Shown: one piece after another, positions 28,039-38,246 of the stretch
How positions within the stretch are numbered: position 1 is the stretch's first letter
How the letters are laid out: every line of letters begins with the position of its first letter
Origin: Tepidisphaera sp.
GTDB taxonomy: Bacteria; Planctomycetota; Phycisphaerae; Phycisphaerales; UBA1924
Assembly (NCBI GenBank): GCA_050916045.1
Contig: CP051526.1
Coordinates: forward strand, 2,208,001 to 2,272,000
Length of the DNA: 64,000 nucleotides
Direction of reading: 5' to 3'
The notes under the pieces: model-generated
What the model was told of the DNA's origin: nothing
The model's database searches: none
What the model saw: the letters and a program-made list of their open reading frames with translations, nothing else
Position numbers and translations under genes: made by a program

Positions 28039-28557
28039 TCACTCGCGCAGGAACCCGGGCAGCGGCAGACGAGCCTCCACGCCCGCTTCGTCCGCGAACA
28101 CCGCTTCGCCCGTCTCGACCGACACGGCCGTGAGCATCATGCCGTCGATGATCTCGCCCACCTTGACGAAGTTCCCGTCGATGCTCACGCCGTTGGTCTG
28201 CCCGCGGCTGAACCCCGACACGCGGTGACGCTTGATCCACGGTTTGCCCTGCTCGGTCGCGACTTTCGCGGGCTCCTCCGCTTTGACCACAAGCCACGCC
28301 GGAACCGCTCCGAGGTCTCCGCGCGGAGCCGTCAACGCCAGGGCGAACCCCGCCAGCCTGCCCGCCGCCGTGTCGGAAGCCGCGCCGATGATCGCGACCC
28401 CGCCACGCTCGGAAGCAGGGACCGAAAGCGTGTCGGGGATCATCTCGGCCTTGGCCTCTTTGGGCCCGCCGAGAAAGACCCGGTCCGCGACCAGACCGAT
28501 CGCGGCGACACCCAGAACCAAGACATAGGCCTTGCGAGAGACTTTCGGCATGCGCAC
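28039..28557 (-). CDS. Membrane-anchored protein, PilP/GspC-like
   Basis: N-terminal TM segment; C-terminal IDGNFVKVGEIIDG beta domain; position after PilO. Confidence 0.6.
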   Translation of the reverse strand: MRMPKVSRKAYVLVLGVAAIGLVADRVFLGGPKEAKAEMIPDTLSVPASERGGVAIIGAASDTAAGRLAGFALALTAPRGDLGAVPAWLVVKAEEPAKVATEQGKPWIKRHRVSGFSRGQTNGVSIDGNFVKVGEIIDGMMLTAVSVETGEAVFADEAGVEARLPLPGFLRE

Positions 28558-28599
28558 AACAGACGATTCATCGCCGCCCGCGTCAAGGTCCCCCGCGAC

Positions 28600-29202
28600 T
28601 TATTTCTTCCCGGCGGCCTCGCCGACCGCATACCACTCAAAGTCCACCGAAACCAGAGCTTCGGCACGCGCGGGCTTCCCCGCCGCTTCCGTTTGCTCCG
28701 CCGCGTCCGCGGGGTTCGCGCGGATCGTCACGCCCACCACGGCAAGGTCCGGATACGCCGCGTGGAGGTCCCGAAGCAGCGCCGGCCCCGCCGAAGCGGG
28801 CCCCACACCGCGGAGCTTGATCGGGAAGTGCACGTGCGATGCTTCCGTCGACTCGTTGCCCGGAACCAGTTCCAGAATTCGAAGCCCGAGCTTCTCCGCC
28901 ACCGCCGAAACCACCGCCACCCGCTCGTTGAGCTTGGAAGCCGGCAGCAGCTCAATCTTCTGCTGGGCCGCCTCCGCGGTGAGCTTCTCCGCCAGAGTCT
29001 GCGCGTTCTTCGCACGCGTCATGCTGATCTCCGCTTCCGCGCGAACCTCGGCCAGCTCGCGCCGTGCCTCGGCCGCTCGCGCCCCCGCTTCAAGCCTCGG
29101 ACGCACCACCACTCCGTACACCGCGCCGATCAACGCCACCACCAGCCCCGCGCCGATCGCATGCAGCCGCCAGTGCTTCACCGTCATATCACGGGTGTTC
29201 AT
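28600..29202 (-). CDS. PilO/GspM-like protein
   Basis: TM segment, coiled coil and ferredoxin-like region; operon position. Confidence 0.65.
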   Translation of the reverse strand: MNTRDMTVKHWRLHAIGAGLVVALIGAVYGVVVRPRLEAGARAAEARRELAEVRAEAEISMTRAKNAQTLAEKLTAEAAQQKIELLPASKLNERVAVVSAVAEKLGLRILELVPGNESTEASHVHFPIKLRGVGPASAGPALLRDLHAAYPDLAVVGVTIRANPADAAEQTEAAGKPARAEALVSVDFEWYAVGEAAGKK

Positions 29203-29822
29203 CGGCTCCCCTCTTCGATCACGCCCTCGATCTTGAACCCCACCGCGTCAACCTTCCCGATCGAACGCGCCTTGGACTCAATCAGCTTCACGCGGTTGAA
29301 AAGCCCCCACTGCTCGATCACCGACACCACCTGGCCCACCGTCGATTGCTTGGGCGCGAGCCCCGAGACTGCAACGACCCACTTCCGCCGCACGGGCTGC
29401 TTCGGGACTGGAGCCCCGGGCACGCTCGAAGCCGGCGGCGCCGCGACCGTCACCGTCCCGTTCGAGATCGCGATCTCCTCGATCGCGACCGATGGGCCCG
29501 CCGCTCCGGCGAGACGCTCGATCAGCAGGCCCCAGTCCGGGTGCTCGCCGACCGCTTTCCTCGCTTCAATCGTCTTTGAGGCCGCGGCCGCCTGGCTCCG
29601 CCACGTCCCGGCGCTCTTGTCCGATTCCGCGATCAGCCGCCGATTCTCCTCGATCCCTTCGAGCACGCGCCGCTCTTCCCCGGGCACGCCCGCCACCATC
29701 GCCACACCCGCCGCTGCTGCACCCGCGAGCACCACGCTCAGCACGCAAAGCCAGCGCAGGACCAGCGTCCCCTCCGCCAGACGATCCGCGTGATACACCG
29801 GTAGCAGCCCGCGAGCGATCAT
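29199..29822 (-). CDS. PilN-like protein
   Basis: GLLP near the N-terminus (NLLP-like), TM segment, coiled coil. Confidence 0.7.
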   Translation of the reverse strand: MIARGLLPVYHADRLAEGTLVLRWLCVLSVVLAGAAAAGVAMVAGVPGEERRVLEGIEENRRLIAESDKSAGTWRSQAAAASKTIEARKAVGEHPDWGLLIERLAGAAGPSVAIEEIAISNGTVTVAAPPASSVPGAPVPKQPVRRKWVVAVSGLAPKQSTVGQVVSVIEQWGLFNRVKLIESKARSIGKVDAVGFKIEGVIEEGSR

Positions 29823-30859
29823 GCTCTCCCTCCCGTCGGCTGCCGCACCGACGCTCCCACCACGCCCGCCGGCGCCACCGACATCGCCGCCGCCGCGACC
29901 ACGCACCACGCCGGCACGACCTGAGACTCCACCATCGGAATCTCCGCCTGCGGCGTCGCAAAATCAAGACCCAACGCGTGCCCGGCCGCCTTCACAAGCG
30001 TCTCGTGGCAAGCCCCGCCCCCGACCGCGAGCATCCGCCCCTCCGCCGCTTTCGGATACCGGTGCGACGCGTACTCAAGCGAGACCGCGATCTCATCGCC
30101 GATCCTCGCTCCAAACTGCTTCAGCATCCCCGCGAGTACCGTCGACGACGCGCCGCCGGGCTTCCGCGAAGCCGTGTCCATCGTCCTCGCCACACGCTCC
30201 TCGGACATCCGCATCGCTTTCGCCGCCGACGACACCATCGCCCGCGTTCCAAGCTCGGCCAGTCGACGCTCGTACACGCAGGCTCCGCCCACAAGCACCG
30301 TCAGCGACAACGCCGAAGCCCCGATGTCCGCGATCGCGTCGATCGTCGCGCCTTGGCGGCCGAGCATCGATCCAAAAGCATCAGACCCCGACCCGATCCT
30401 CGCTACCACAAGCCCCGCTTCGTGCAGTGGAATCACCAGCTTGTCCGCATCCGTATGCGACAGCACCGCCGCGCCCAGAGCCACCTCGCCCGACCGTCCC
30501 GACCGCGGCAGGTCCCACGTCTCAAACTCAAACCCGTTCGGCTCCATCCGGCACACACGCGCCAGCTCCATCCTCGCCGCCGCAAGCCTGCCCGCTCCGA
30601 CCGCCGCCGACGGCAGGTCGATCTCCGCCACGCGGGCCACCTCGCCCGACGCCAGTACCGACACCAACGAGCCCGCGAACCCGCGGCGTGTCAGAATCGC
30701 CGAGATCCGCGAAGCCTCATCGAAATCAAGCTCGCCGCTCCCGCGCCGCGGCCACGCCGCTGTGCGAAGACTCCACCGGCCCCCGCTCAGCGGCTTCTCC
30801 CACTGCGCGGCTTTCACCGTCGCGCTCCCGATGTCAAGCCCGATCACCGTTCGGTTCAC
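29819..30859 (-). CDS. pilM: Pilus assembly protein PilM
   Basis: IGLDIGSATVKAAQ, ADIGAS and VGGGA actin-fold motifs. Confidence 0.88.
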   Translation of the reverse strand: MNRTVIGLDIGSATVKAAQWEKPLSGGRWSLRTAAWPRRGSGELDFDEASRISAILTRRGFAGSLVSVLASGEVARVAEIDLPSAAVGAGRLAAARMELARVCRMEPNGFEFETWDLPRSGRSGEVALGAAVLSHTDADKLVIPLHEAGLVVARIGSGSDAFGSMLGRQGATIDAIADIGASALSLTVLVGGACVYERRLAELGTRAMVSSAAKAMRMSEERVARTMDTASRKPGGASSTVLAGMLKQFGARIGDEIAVSLEYASHRYPKAAEGRMLAVGGGACHETLVKAAGHALGLDFATPQAEIPMVESQVVPAWCVVAAAAMSVAPAGVVGASVRQPTGGRA

Positions 30860-32076
30860 TTGCCACCTCCAGGACCCGTCGCCGACGTCAGATCAAACAG
30901 CGGCAGGAACATGCTCGCCGAAAGCAGCGAGATCACCACGCCCAGCCCGATCAGGATCACGGGCTCCACGATGCCCATCACCGACTTCACGACCACTTCG
31001 TTGTCCTCGTCCATCGCGTCCGCGATGCTCGTCAGCACCGGGCCGATCCGCCCCGTCCGCTCCCCGCTCCGCACGGCTTCGCACACCATCCCGGGCACCA
31101 AGCCGGACGAAGCCATCACCGCGCTCATCGACTCGCCCTTGCTGACGTGATCGCCGGCTTTCTCCAGCATCTCCGCGAAGCACACGTTGCCGCTGCTCTC
31201 ACGGGCCAGTCGGATTGAGTCCAGAAGCACGACCTTGCCCTCGATCAGCACGCCGAGCACGCGAGCCATCTTCGCCGTCGCGAACGCCCGGAACACACCG
31301 CCGATCCCCGGAAGCGTCACGAGCGCCTTGTGCACCGCACGCCGGCCCAGCGGCGAAGCCATCCACGCCCGCGCCCCCAGCACCGCCCCCACGATCGCGC
31401 CGATGATCCAGTACCACTGCGTCTTGAGCACCACCGCGAGGTCAAGCAGCATCTGCGTGCTCGCCGGCACCGGCGCGCCCAGGCTCTTGAACAACCCCTC
31501 AAACCGCGGCAGCACGAAAAACAGCATCCCTCCAACCACACCCGCCGACACCGCCATCAGGAGCATCGGATAGACCAGCGCGCCGATGATCGCCGACCGC
31601 GTCTTCTGCTGCTGACGCACCAGCATCGCGAGCCGCTGAAGCATCTCGGGCAGCTTGCCGCCCGACTCGCCCGCCGCCACAAGGCTGCGGCACACCGCGT
31701 CGAACCGCTGCGGGTGGTACGACATCGCTTCGGAGAACTGTGCACCCTCCTCGATCCGCCGCCGCAGGTCAACGACCGTGTTCCGCCACGCGCCCTCCGG
31801 CGTCTGACGCTCCAGCGCGCAGATCGACTCGACAAGCGTCGTTCCCGTCGACACGAGCACCGAGAGCTGACGCAAGAAGTGAGAAAGCTCCTTCGCGCTC
31901 CCACCGCCTCCGCCGCCCGTCCTGACCGGACCCGCGACGGCGCGATCCTCAGAGATCGACGTCGTGAAGATCCCCTTGCGACGAAGAGCTTCCTGCGCCT
32001 CCCGCTCCGACCCCGCTTCGACCGTTCCACGCGTCGGCGCTCCATCGGCGCCCAAGCCGTCATAGGCGTACTTCAT
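30856..32076 (-). CDS. pilC: Inner-membrane platform protein PilC/GspF
   Basis: RQLSVLVSTG, AGESGGKL, ALVYP, GERTG, EPVILI..MFLPLF. Confidence 0.93.
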   Translation of the reverse strand: MKYAYDGLGADGAPTRGTVEAGSEREAQEALRRKGIFTTSISEDRAVAGPVRTGGGGGGSAKELSHFLRQLSVLVSTGTTLVESICALERQTPEGAWRNTVVDLRRRIEEGAQFSEAMSYHPQRFDAVCRSLVAAGESGGKLPEMLQRLAMLVRQQQKTRSAIIGALVYPMLLMAVSAGVVGGMLFFVLPRFEGLFKSLGAPVPASTQMLLDLAVVLKTQWYWIIGAIVGAVLGARAWMASPLGRRAVHKALVTLPGIGGVFRAFATAKMARVLGVLIEGKVVLLDSIRLARESSGNVCFAEMLEKAGDHVSKGESMSAVMASSGLVPGMVCEAVRSGERTGRIGPVLTSIADAMDEDNEVVVKSVMGIVEPVILIGLGVVISLLSASMFLPLFDLTSATGPGGGK

Positions 32077-33893
32077 GCCGCCTCCTTCGACTCAGGCGGC
32101 GTCTCGGCTTTCGGCGGCGGCAACGCTTCGGGCTCCGCCCCGTCATCCTGCGTCACGCGGATCACTTCCTCGAGGCTCGTCTTTCCGGCCAGCGCGAGCA
32201 GCACGCCCTCCTGCCGAAGCGTCAGCCCGCCGGACTTGGCGATCACCTCGCGAAGCTCGTGCACCGGCCGCGCCCGGTGGATCATCCGCCGAAGTTGCGG
32301 CGTCACCTCGAGCACCTCGTAGATGCCCAGCCGCCCCAGGAATCCCGAGTTGTGGCACCGGCTGCACCCCACGCCCTTCTTGAAGACCGTGCCCACCTTG
32401 TCAGGGATCCCCGCATCCGCGAGCACGTGCTCTTCCGGGTAGTACTTGGTCTCGCAGTGCGAGCAGGCCGTCCGCGCCAGACGCTGCGCCACCACCCCGT
32501 TCATCGCCGCGGCAAGCAGGTACGGCTCGATCCCCATATCCGACAGCCGGGCCGTCGCGCTCGGCGCATCGTTCGTGTGAAGCGTCGCGAGCACCAGGTG
32601 CCCCGTCAGCGCCGCCTGCACCGCCACCCGAGCCGTCTCCTGGTCACGGATCTCGCCCACCATGATGATGTCCGGATCCTGACGCAGGATGCTCCGAAGC
32701 GCCCGCCCGAACGACAAGCCGCAGGCTTCGTTCACCTGGATCTGGTTCACCAGATCAAGCTGATACTCGACCGGGTCCTCGACGGTCACGATGTTCACGT
32801 CCGGGCCGCGCAGGAGGTCCAGCGCCGAGTACAGCGTCGTCGTCTTGCCGCTGCCCGTGGGACCCGTCACCAAGCACAAGCCGTGGCTCTGATTCAGAGC
32901 TTTCTTGAAGCTGTCGAGCGCGCCCGTCCTGAAACCCAGATCCTCCATCCGCACGCGGAGATTCTGCTTGTCAAGCACGCGAACGACGACCTTCTCGCCC
33001 AGGAGCGTCGGGATGCTCGACACGCGAAGATCGATCTCGCGCCCCTCCGCGACGATGCGCACGCGGCCCTCCTGCGGCATGCGCTTCTCGGCGATGTCCA
33101 TCTTTCCGATGACCTTGACGCGGCTCACGACCGCGGCATGCAAGCCCGTCGGCGGCCGCATCAGGTCCCGCAGCACGCCGTCGATCCGGTACCGGATCCG
33201 CGTCCCGCGTTTGTCGGGCTCGATGTGGATGTCGCTGGCTTTGTCGCGGACCGCTTGCAGGAACGTGACGTTGATGAGGTTAATGATCGGCGACCCGGCG
33301 ACCATCCGGTCAAGGTCCGCCGCCACCGACTCGTCCACGCGTTCCCGCTCGACGACCTCGACGTTCGACTCTGACAAACTCGTGAGGAACGCGTCGACGT
33401 CGACGTTGCCCCCGGAGTACTTCTTGATGAATTCGGAAATGTTGGACTCGATCGCGAGCACCGGCCGAATCTTGAGCTTGGTGATCTCGCGCAGACGATC
33501 GATCGTCGGCAGGCTCTGCGGCTCGGCCATCGCGACCGTGAGCGTGTCGTGCACGCGGAAAAGCGGGATCACCTTCAGCCGCGTGCACTCCTCCTCGCCG
33601 ATGCTCTTCATCAGCGCCGGATCGATCAGGCCGTGCCGAAGCTGGCACCCGCGAACCCCGAGCACCCGCCCCAAAGCCCGCACCAGCGTCGCGCTGTTGA
33701 TCACGCCCTGCTCGACCAGAAGTTCGCCCAGACGCCGGCTCGTGCTCCGCTGCTCGGCAAGCGCCCGATCAAGCTGCGACTGCGTGATCGCGCCGTCCTC
33801 GACGAGGACGTCCCCGACGCGCGTCCGCTTCACGCGGCGACGCTCGCTCCCGCTCTGTGGCGGCTGCACGGGTTCCAGAGGCTCCGCCGTCAA
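32073..33893 (-). CDS. pilB: Assembly ATPase PilB/GspE with MshEN domain
   Basis: RVGDVL...RLGELL MshEN motifs, GPTGSGKTT, LRQDPD, GEIRD, tetracysteine motif. Confidence 0.95.
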   Translation of the reverse strand: MTAEPLEPVQPPQSGSERRRVKRTRVGDVLVEDGAITQSQLDRALAEQRSTSRRLGELLVEQGVINSATLVRALGRVLGVRGCQLRHGLIDPALMKSIGEEECTRLKVIPLFRVHDTLTVAMAEPQSLPTIDRLREITKLKIRPVLAIESNISEFIKKYSGGNVDVDAFLTSLSESNVEVVERERVDESVAADLDRMVAGSPIINLINVTFLQAVRDKASDIHIEPDKRGTRIRYRIDGVLRDLMRPPTGLHAAVVSRVKVIGKMDIAEKRMPQEGRVRIVAEGREIDLRVSSIPTLLGEKVVVRVLDKQNLRVRMEDLGFRTGALDSFKKALNQSHGLCLVTGPTGSGKTTTLYSALDLLRGPDVNIVTVEDPVEYQLDLVNQIQVNEACGLSFGRALRSILRQDPDIIMVGEIRDQETARVAVQAALTGHLVLATLHTNDAPSATARLSDMGIEPYLLAAAMNGVVAQRLARTACSHCETKYYPEEHVLADAGIPDKVGTVFKKGVGCSRCHNSGFLGRLGIYEVLEVTPQLRRMIHRARPVHELREVIAKSGGLTLRQEGVLLALAGKTSLEEVIRVTQDDGAEPEALPPPKAETPPESKEAA

Positions 33894-34225
33894 AGAAAGC
33901 TCCTGACCGCGGACTGAATGTCCGCGTACTGCTCGAAGTTCCCGATCGTCTCCGTCAGTTCCATCACCTCGCGGAGCGTCTCGTTGGCCCCGCAGAGCTT
34001 GAGCGCCTGCCCGCCTTGCGACATCTCCTCGCCGACCTCGACCAGCACCTCAAGCCCGCGGCTGTCGACGTACGCGATCGCCGACGCGTCGACCACCACC
34101 CGGCCCAGACACTTCGGGAGCGCCGCCATGAAGCTCGAACGGAACTGCTCCGCGTCGTTCTGAAGCAGCGGCCCGCTTGGCTTGAGCACCGTCACCGCAC
34201 CCTCGCGTGATTCGTGTATGTCCAT
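33890..34225 (-). CDS. STAS domain / anti-sigma factor antagonist
   Basis: VVVDASAIAYVDSRGL. Confidence 0.9.
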   Translation of the reverse strand: MDIHESREGAVTVLKPSGPLLQNDAEQFRSSFMAALPKCLGRVVVDASAIAYVDSRGLEVLVEVGEEMSQGGQALKLCGANETLREVMELTETIGNFEQYADIQSAVRSFL

Positions 34226-34237
34226 GTGGGTGCTCCT

Positions 34238-36121
34238 TTAGGCCGCCTGCCTCGCCGCTTCCGACCCCGCGGGCACCCGGAACGTGAACGTGCTCCCCTC
34301 GTTGACCTTGCTCTTGAGGGTCACATCGCCGCCATGCATCCGCGCGACCTCGCGTGCGAGGGTCAGGCCCAGCCCGGTGCCCACGATCGACGAGATCCGC
34401 TTGTCCGACGACCGGTAGAACCGCTCGAAGACCGACTCGTGCTCCTCGGGTTTGATGCCGATGCCGGTGTCCGTCACCTCGACGACCAGGATCTCCGCCG
34501 CGCTGCCCAGCCCCTCCGCGAAGGCTTTCACCGTCACCGTTCCGCCCGCCGGCGTGTACTTCAGAGCGTTGCCGACGAGGTTGTGCAGGGCCAGCGTGAT
34601 CTTGTCGTTGTCCCCGCGCATCACCGGCAGTTTGGGCGCGATGTCGAACGCGAGCGTGATCTCCTTGTCCTGCGCCTGCGGGCCAAAGTCGTGCTTGAGG
34701 TCGTCCAGGATCGTGAGCACCGGCACATCGTCGCGCCGCATGCGGAACGACCCCGCTTCGATCTCCGAGACGCTCAGCATGTCGGCCACGATCCGCTCCA
34801 GCCGCCGAGACTCCTGGTTGATCACGTTGATCGCCGTCGAACGCGCCGCCGGGTTGTCTCCCGTGTCCTCAAGCAGCGCCTCGACGTAAAGCCTGATGTT
34901 CGTCAGCGGCGTGCGAAGCTCGTGCGAAGCCTGATCGATCAGCGAGTTGCGGGCTTTGTCCGCCACGCGCTGCTGCGAGACGTCGTCCAGGATCGCCATC
35001 GCCGCGAAATGGTCGCCCTTGCGCGCCGGCTTGACGCTGACACGCACCACCGCCGACCCGTTCTCGCCCTTGCGCTCGACCTCCCACTGCACCCGCCGCT
35101 TCACCGTGCCCCCGCTGATCCCCGCCATCGCCGCCTTCGCCGCGTCCTCGGGGAACAGGCTCACCATCGGCTTGCCCGAGAGCTCCTCACGCGGCGACCT
35201 CAGAAGCACCGCCGAAGCCCCGTTCGCGTACGTCACGTTCATCTGTTCATCAAGCAGCAGCACGCCAAGCCACAAGCAGTCCAGCGCCTCGTGCGCCGAA
35301 CCACCCGTCGGGTCGGACTCCCCCTGCCGTCGATCCGACGCCGCCGCTTCGCCTTCCGACAGCATCCGCTCGTCCCGCGCCACAAGCAGCGAGTTCCACG
35401 CCTGCGCCTCCGGCCCGAACTCCGAAGCCACCGCCAGCGCCGCCGATGATGCCTCGCCCGCCGAAGCCGCGACCAGCGACTCCCGGATCGCGCCGAGCAC
35501 GCGAAGACGACGCCGAAGCCTGCGATACGCCCACCACAAGCCCATCAGCCCAACCACGCCCGCCGCCGCGATACCGGGCTCCGCGTTCCCGGCGCCGAAC
35601 GTCGGCTCGGGCAGCTCGCTCGCCACCTCAAGCACCGCGACGCCCTTTCCCGCCACCCGCACGGGGAAAGTTGCTTTGAAGACGCTCTCAACCTCGGACG
35701 TCGTGGGCTCGGAGACGCCCTGCGGCCACTCCGGCCACTGCTCGGGCAGTTTGCTCTTCTCCACCATCGCTTCGACGATCGAGCTCGCGATCACCGTCCC
35801 GTCCGCGAGCTTGATGCGGCACGCCTGAAGCCCGGACCCTACCGCCGCCGTGATCAACTGCGAACGGATGTCGCCCGTGTTCCCCTGCGTAAGCGAGCTC
35901 TCCGCCGCCGCCGCCAGCGCCGATCCCAGCGACCGAACCTGCTCGCGCCGCCCCTGAAGCAAAGCCTGGTGCTGCGCCTTGGTCGCCCACCACGCGCACG
36001 CGCACACCACCCCGACCACCAGCGCGGCCAGCGACAGACCCGTGGCAGCGATGAACGCTTCGCCACGGACCCAACGCGAGATCACCGCCGACGGTCCTGT
36101 CTGCCGCACGCGATACTCCAT
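34238..36121 (-). CDS. Membrane PAS sensor histidine kinase
   Basis: 2 TM segments, PAS domain, SHELRTPL, NALKYT, DTGIG, GTGLGL. Confidence 0.94.
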   Translation of the reverse strand: MEYRVRQTGPSAVISRWVRGEAFIAATGLSLAALVVGVVCACAWWATKAQHQALLQGRREQVRSLGSALAAAAESSLTQGNTGDIRSQLITAAVGSGLQACRIKLADGTVIASSIVEAMVEKSKLPEQWPEWPQGVSEPTTSEVESVFKATFPVRVAGKGVAVLEVASELPEPTFGAGNAEPGIAAAGVVGLMGLWWAYRRLRRRLRVLGAIRESLVAASAGEASSAALAVASEFGPEAQAWNSLLVARDERMLSEGEAAASDRRQGESDPTGGSAHEALDCLWLGVLLLDEQMNVTYANGASAVLLRSPREELSGKPMVSLFPEDAAKAAMAGISGGTVKRRVQWEVERKGENGSAVVRVSVKPARKGDHFAAMAILDDVSQQRVADKARNSLIDQASHELRTPLTNIRLYVEALLEDTGDNPAARSTAINVINQESRRLERIVADMLSVSEIEAGSFRMRRDDVPVLTILDDLKHDFGPQAQDKEITLAFDIAPKLPVMRGDNDKITLALHNLVGNALKYTPAGGTVTVKAFAEGLGSAAEILVVEVTDTGIGIKPEEHESVFERFYRSSDKRISSIVGTGLGLTLAREVARMHGGDVTLKSKVNEGSTFTFRVPAGSEAARQAA

Positions 36122-36234
36122 TCAGAAGCCCACGATGGGACCTCCATGGGTGTATCGGCAGCCCTCACACGCCTCTCAACCGCCGCTCGCAGGTTATCAC
36201 GCGATGCCTCTGTCCAAACAGGGATCCCACATCA

Positions 36235-37227
36235 TCACGCCAACGGGTCGGGCTTAAACAGCTTGGTGTCCAGGGCCCATAACCGCTCGGTGAAGTTCCC
36301 GCCGAGGTCCTTCTTCGACTTGGGCCCCCGCGCCGCCGCGAGCGACATGTGCATCTTCGCGTCGATGTTATCCAATTGATGCACCAGGATCGCTTCCGGC
36401 GTCATCGGCACCCGCGCCGCGCCGTGCTCGGGCAGCCCGTGGTGGCTCAGGATGATGTGCTGAAGCACCATCACCGCGTTGGGGGGAAGCCGCTGCCCCG
36501 TCTCCTTCATCACCTGCTGCGCCTTGTCGTGCAACATGATCGCCCCGTCCACGATGTGCCCGATCAGTTCGCCCCGGTCCGCATAACCGAACGCGCGGTC
36601 ATACACCAGCTCCCGCGTCTTGCCCAGATCGTGCAGGAAAAGCCCCATCACCACAAGGTCCCGGTTCAGGCCCGGATAAAGCGGAGCCACCGCCGCCGCG
36701 AGCTTGAGCAGCCCCAGCGTGTGATCCAGCAGCCCGCCCAGATACGCGTGGTGCGCGCTCTTCGCCGCCGGACACTGCTTGAACTGGTCCATCAGGAACT
36801 TGTCCGACAGGTACACCTGCGCCAGAGCTTTGATCGCCGGATGCTCGAGCGTCGCGAGCACACCCTGAAGCTCCGCGAACATCTCTTCGATCGGCCGCGG
36901 CGCAACCGGCAACAGGTCCCGCATCTGCTCGGGCGTCGGGTCCGCAGGCTCGATGTGCTGAATGATGAGCTGCAGGTCCCCCTGGTACTTCTGCGTCTCC
37001 CCCTCGACATACGCGAACCCGTCCGACGGAAGCGACGCCAGCAGCGCCTCATCGACGGTCCACATCCGCGCCGTCACCTCGCCCGACCGGTCCCCCACGA
37101 TGCACCGCAGGTAAGGCTTGTCGTTCCGCGTCCGCCCAAGCTGAGCGTTCGAGACCGCGTACACCCCGGCGATGCGCTCCGAGGGAAGAAGATCGATGAT
37201 GTACCGCCGATTGCCCGGTGCCGACAT
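36235..37227 (-). CDS. YhaM-like OB-fold + HD 3'-5' exoribonuclease
   Basis: PAAKSAHHAYLGGLLDHT, LHDLGK, IILSHHG. Confidence 0.9.
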   Translation of the reverse strand: MSAPGNRRYIIDLLPSERIAGVYAVSNAQLGRTRNDKPYLRCIVGDRSGEVTARMWTVDEALLASLPSDGFAYVEGETQKYQGDLQLIIQHIEPADPTPEQMRDLLPVAPRPIEEMFAELQGVLATLEHPAIKALAQVYLSDKFLMDQFKQCPAAKSAHHAYLGGLLDHTLGLLKLAAAVAPLYPGLNRDLVVMGLFLHDLGKTRELVYDRAFGYADRGELIGHIVDGAIMLHDKAQQVMKETGQRLPPNAVMVLQHIILSHHGLPEHGAARVPMTPEAILVHQLDNIDAKMHMSLAAARGPKSKKDLGGNFTERLWALDTKLFKPDPLA

Positions 37228-37348
37228 GAACCCGCCTTTCAGATGAGGGGCCATGGTAGGGCCGGAAAGCCAGATCCGGACTTTCACACTTGAAATCTCA
37301 GTTCTGAGATCGGGCGCATTCCGACCCCGCGTTGCCGCTCCGCCACCT

Positions 37349-37723
37349 CTACCTCACCACCGCCCACACCAAGAAAGAAGCCCACGCGAGCGTCGCGAAC
37401 ACCCACGCTCGCCCCGCCCATCGCTCCCGCTCGCTCCGCCGAGGGTCCCGAAGCCGCCACGCCCCCGCACAACCCATCGCCACCGCGAACACGATGCACG
37501 GGAAAGCCCCGAGGACGCCCGCCACCCCGACTCCCTGAGCTTGCACGAACGACATGACGATCGAGCACGCGGAAAGAAAGAAGAGCGGAACCACCTCCGG
37601 CGGCCCGACCGGGAACCGCGCCGCATCCTTCTCCCCGCACTCCGGACACGTCACCCCTCGCCGGTACTCCGACGTGTGAGCCGACAGGTCGTACCCGCAC
37701 GAGTTGCACTTCATCTCACCCAT
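37349..37723 (-). CDS. Small membrane protein with N-terminal Zn ribbon
   Basis: CNSCGYDL..CPECG followed by 3 hydrophobic segments. Confidence 0.75.
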   Translation of the reverse strand: MGEMKCNSCGYDLSAHTSEYRRGVTCPECGEKDAARFPVGPPEVVPLFFLSACSIVMSFVQAQGVGVAGVLGAFPCIVFAVAMGCAGAWRLRDPRRSERERWAGRAWVFATLAWASFLVWAVVR

Positions 37724-37726
37724 CCC

Positions 37727-38176
37727 TCATCGACTCCCAATCACCCACACAACCAGCCAGATCAGCCCCACAAGCACCACGCCGCACGCCATCTGCCCGC
37801 CCACCATCATCAGCAGGCACATCCAGCCGCCGGATGCAAGCCCAATGGCAACCCCGAAAGCGAGCACCGGATCCACCCTCTGCCGATCCGCCCCGCCGCT
37901 TTCCAGTCGGCGCCGGCAACCCAGCACCGCCAGGGCGAAGGCCGCCGCCGCGAAGATGACCGCAAAGAGCAAAGCCGCCGCATCCCGCGAGTCAATCGCA
38001 ACGAGCCCTGCCGAAACCCCCGCAAGGACGATCGCCCAAACGAAGCACCGCAAGTACCGCGGGCTCGGAAGCTCGGGCCACTGCGCATCCATCCTCCCGC
38101 ACTCCGGGCATTGAATGCTCGCTCCCGGATGCCCAGCCAAGTCATACCCGCACGAGTTGCACCGGACCTCCGCCAC
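37727..38176 (-). CDS. Small membrane protein with N-terminal Zn ribbon (tandem paralog)
   Basis: CNSCGYDL..CPECG followed by ~4 TM segments; GTG 38176 preceded by TATGGT. Confidence 0.75.
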   Translation of the reverse strand: MAEVRCNSCGYDLAGHPGASIQCPECGRMDAQWPELPSPRYLRCFVWAIVLAGVSAGLVAIDSRDAAALLFAVIFAAAAFALAVLGCRRRLESGGADRQRVDPVLAFGVAIGLASGGWMCLLMMVGGQMACGVVLVGLIWLVVWVIGSR

Positions 38177-38246
38177 AACAGACCATACGAGCCCGCCGCC
38201 ACGCGGATTCGCCCACCGACCCCGCCCCCCCAACAATGCCCCTCCC

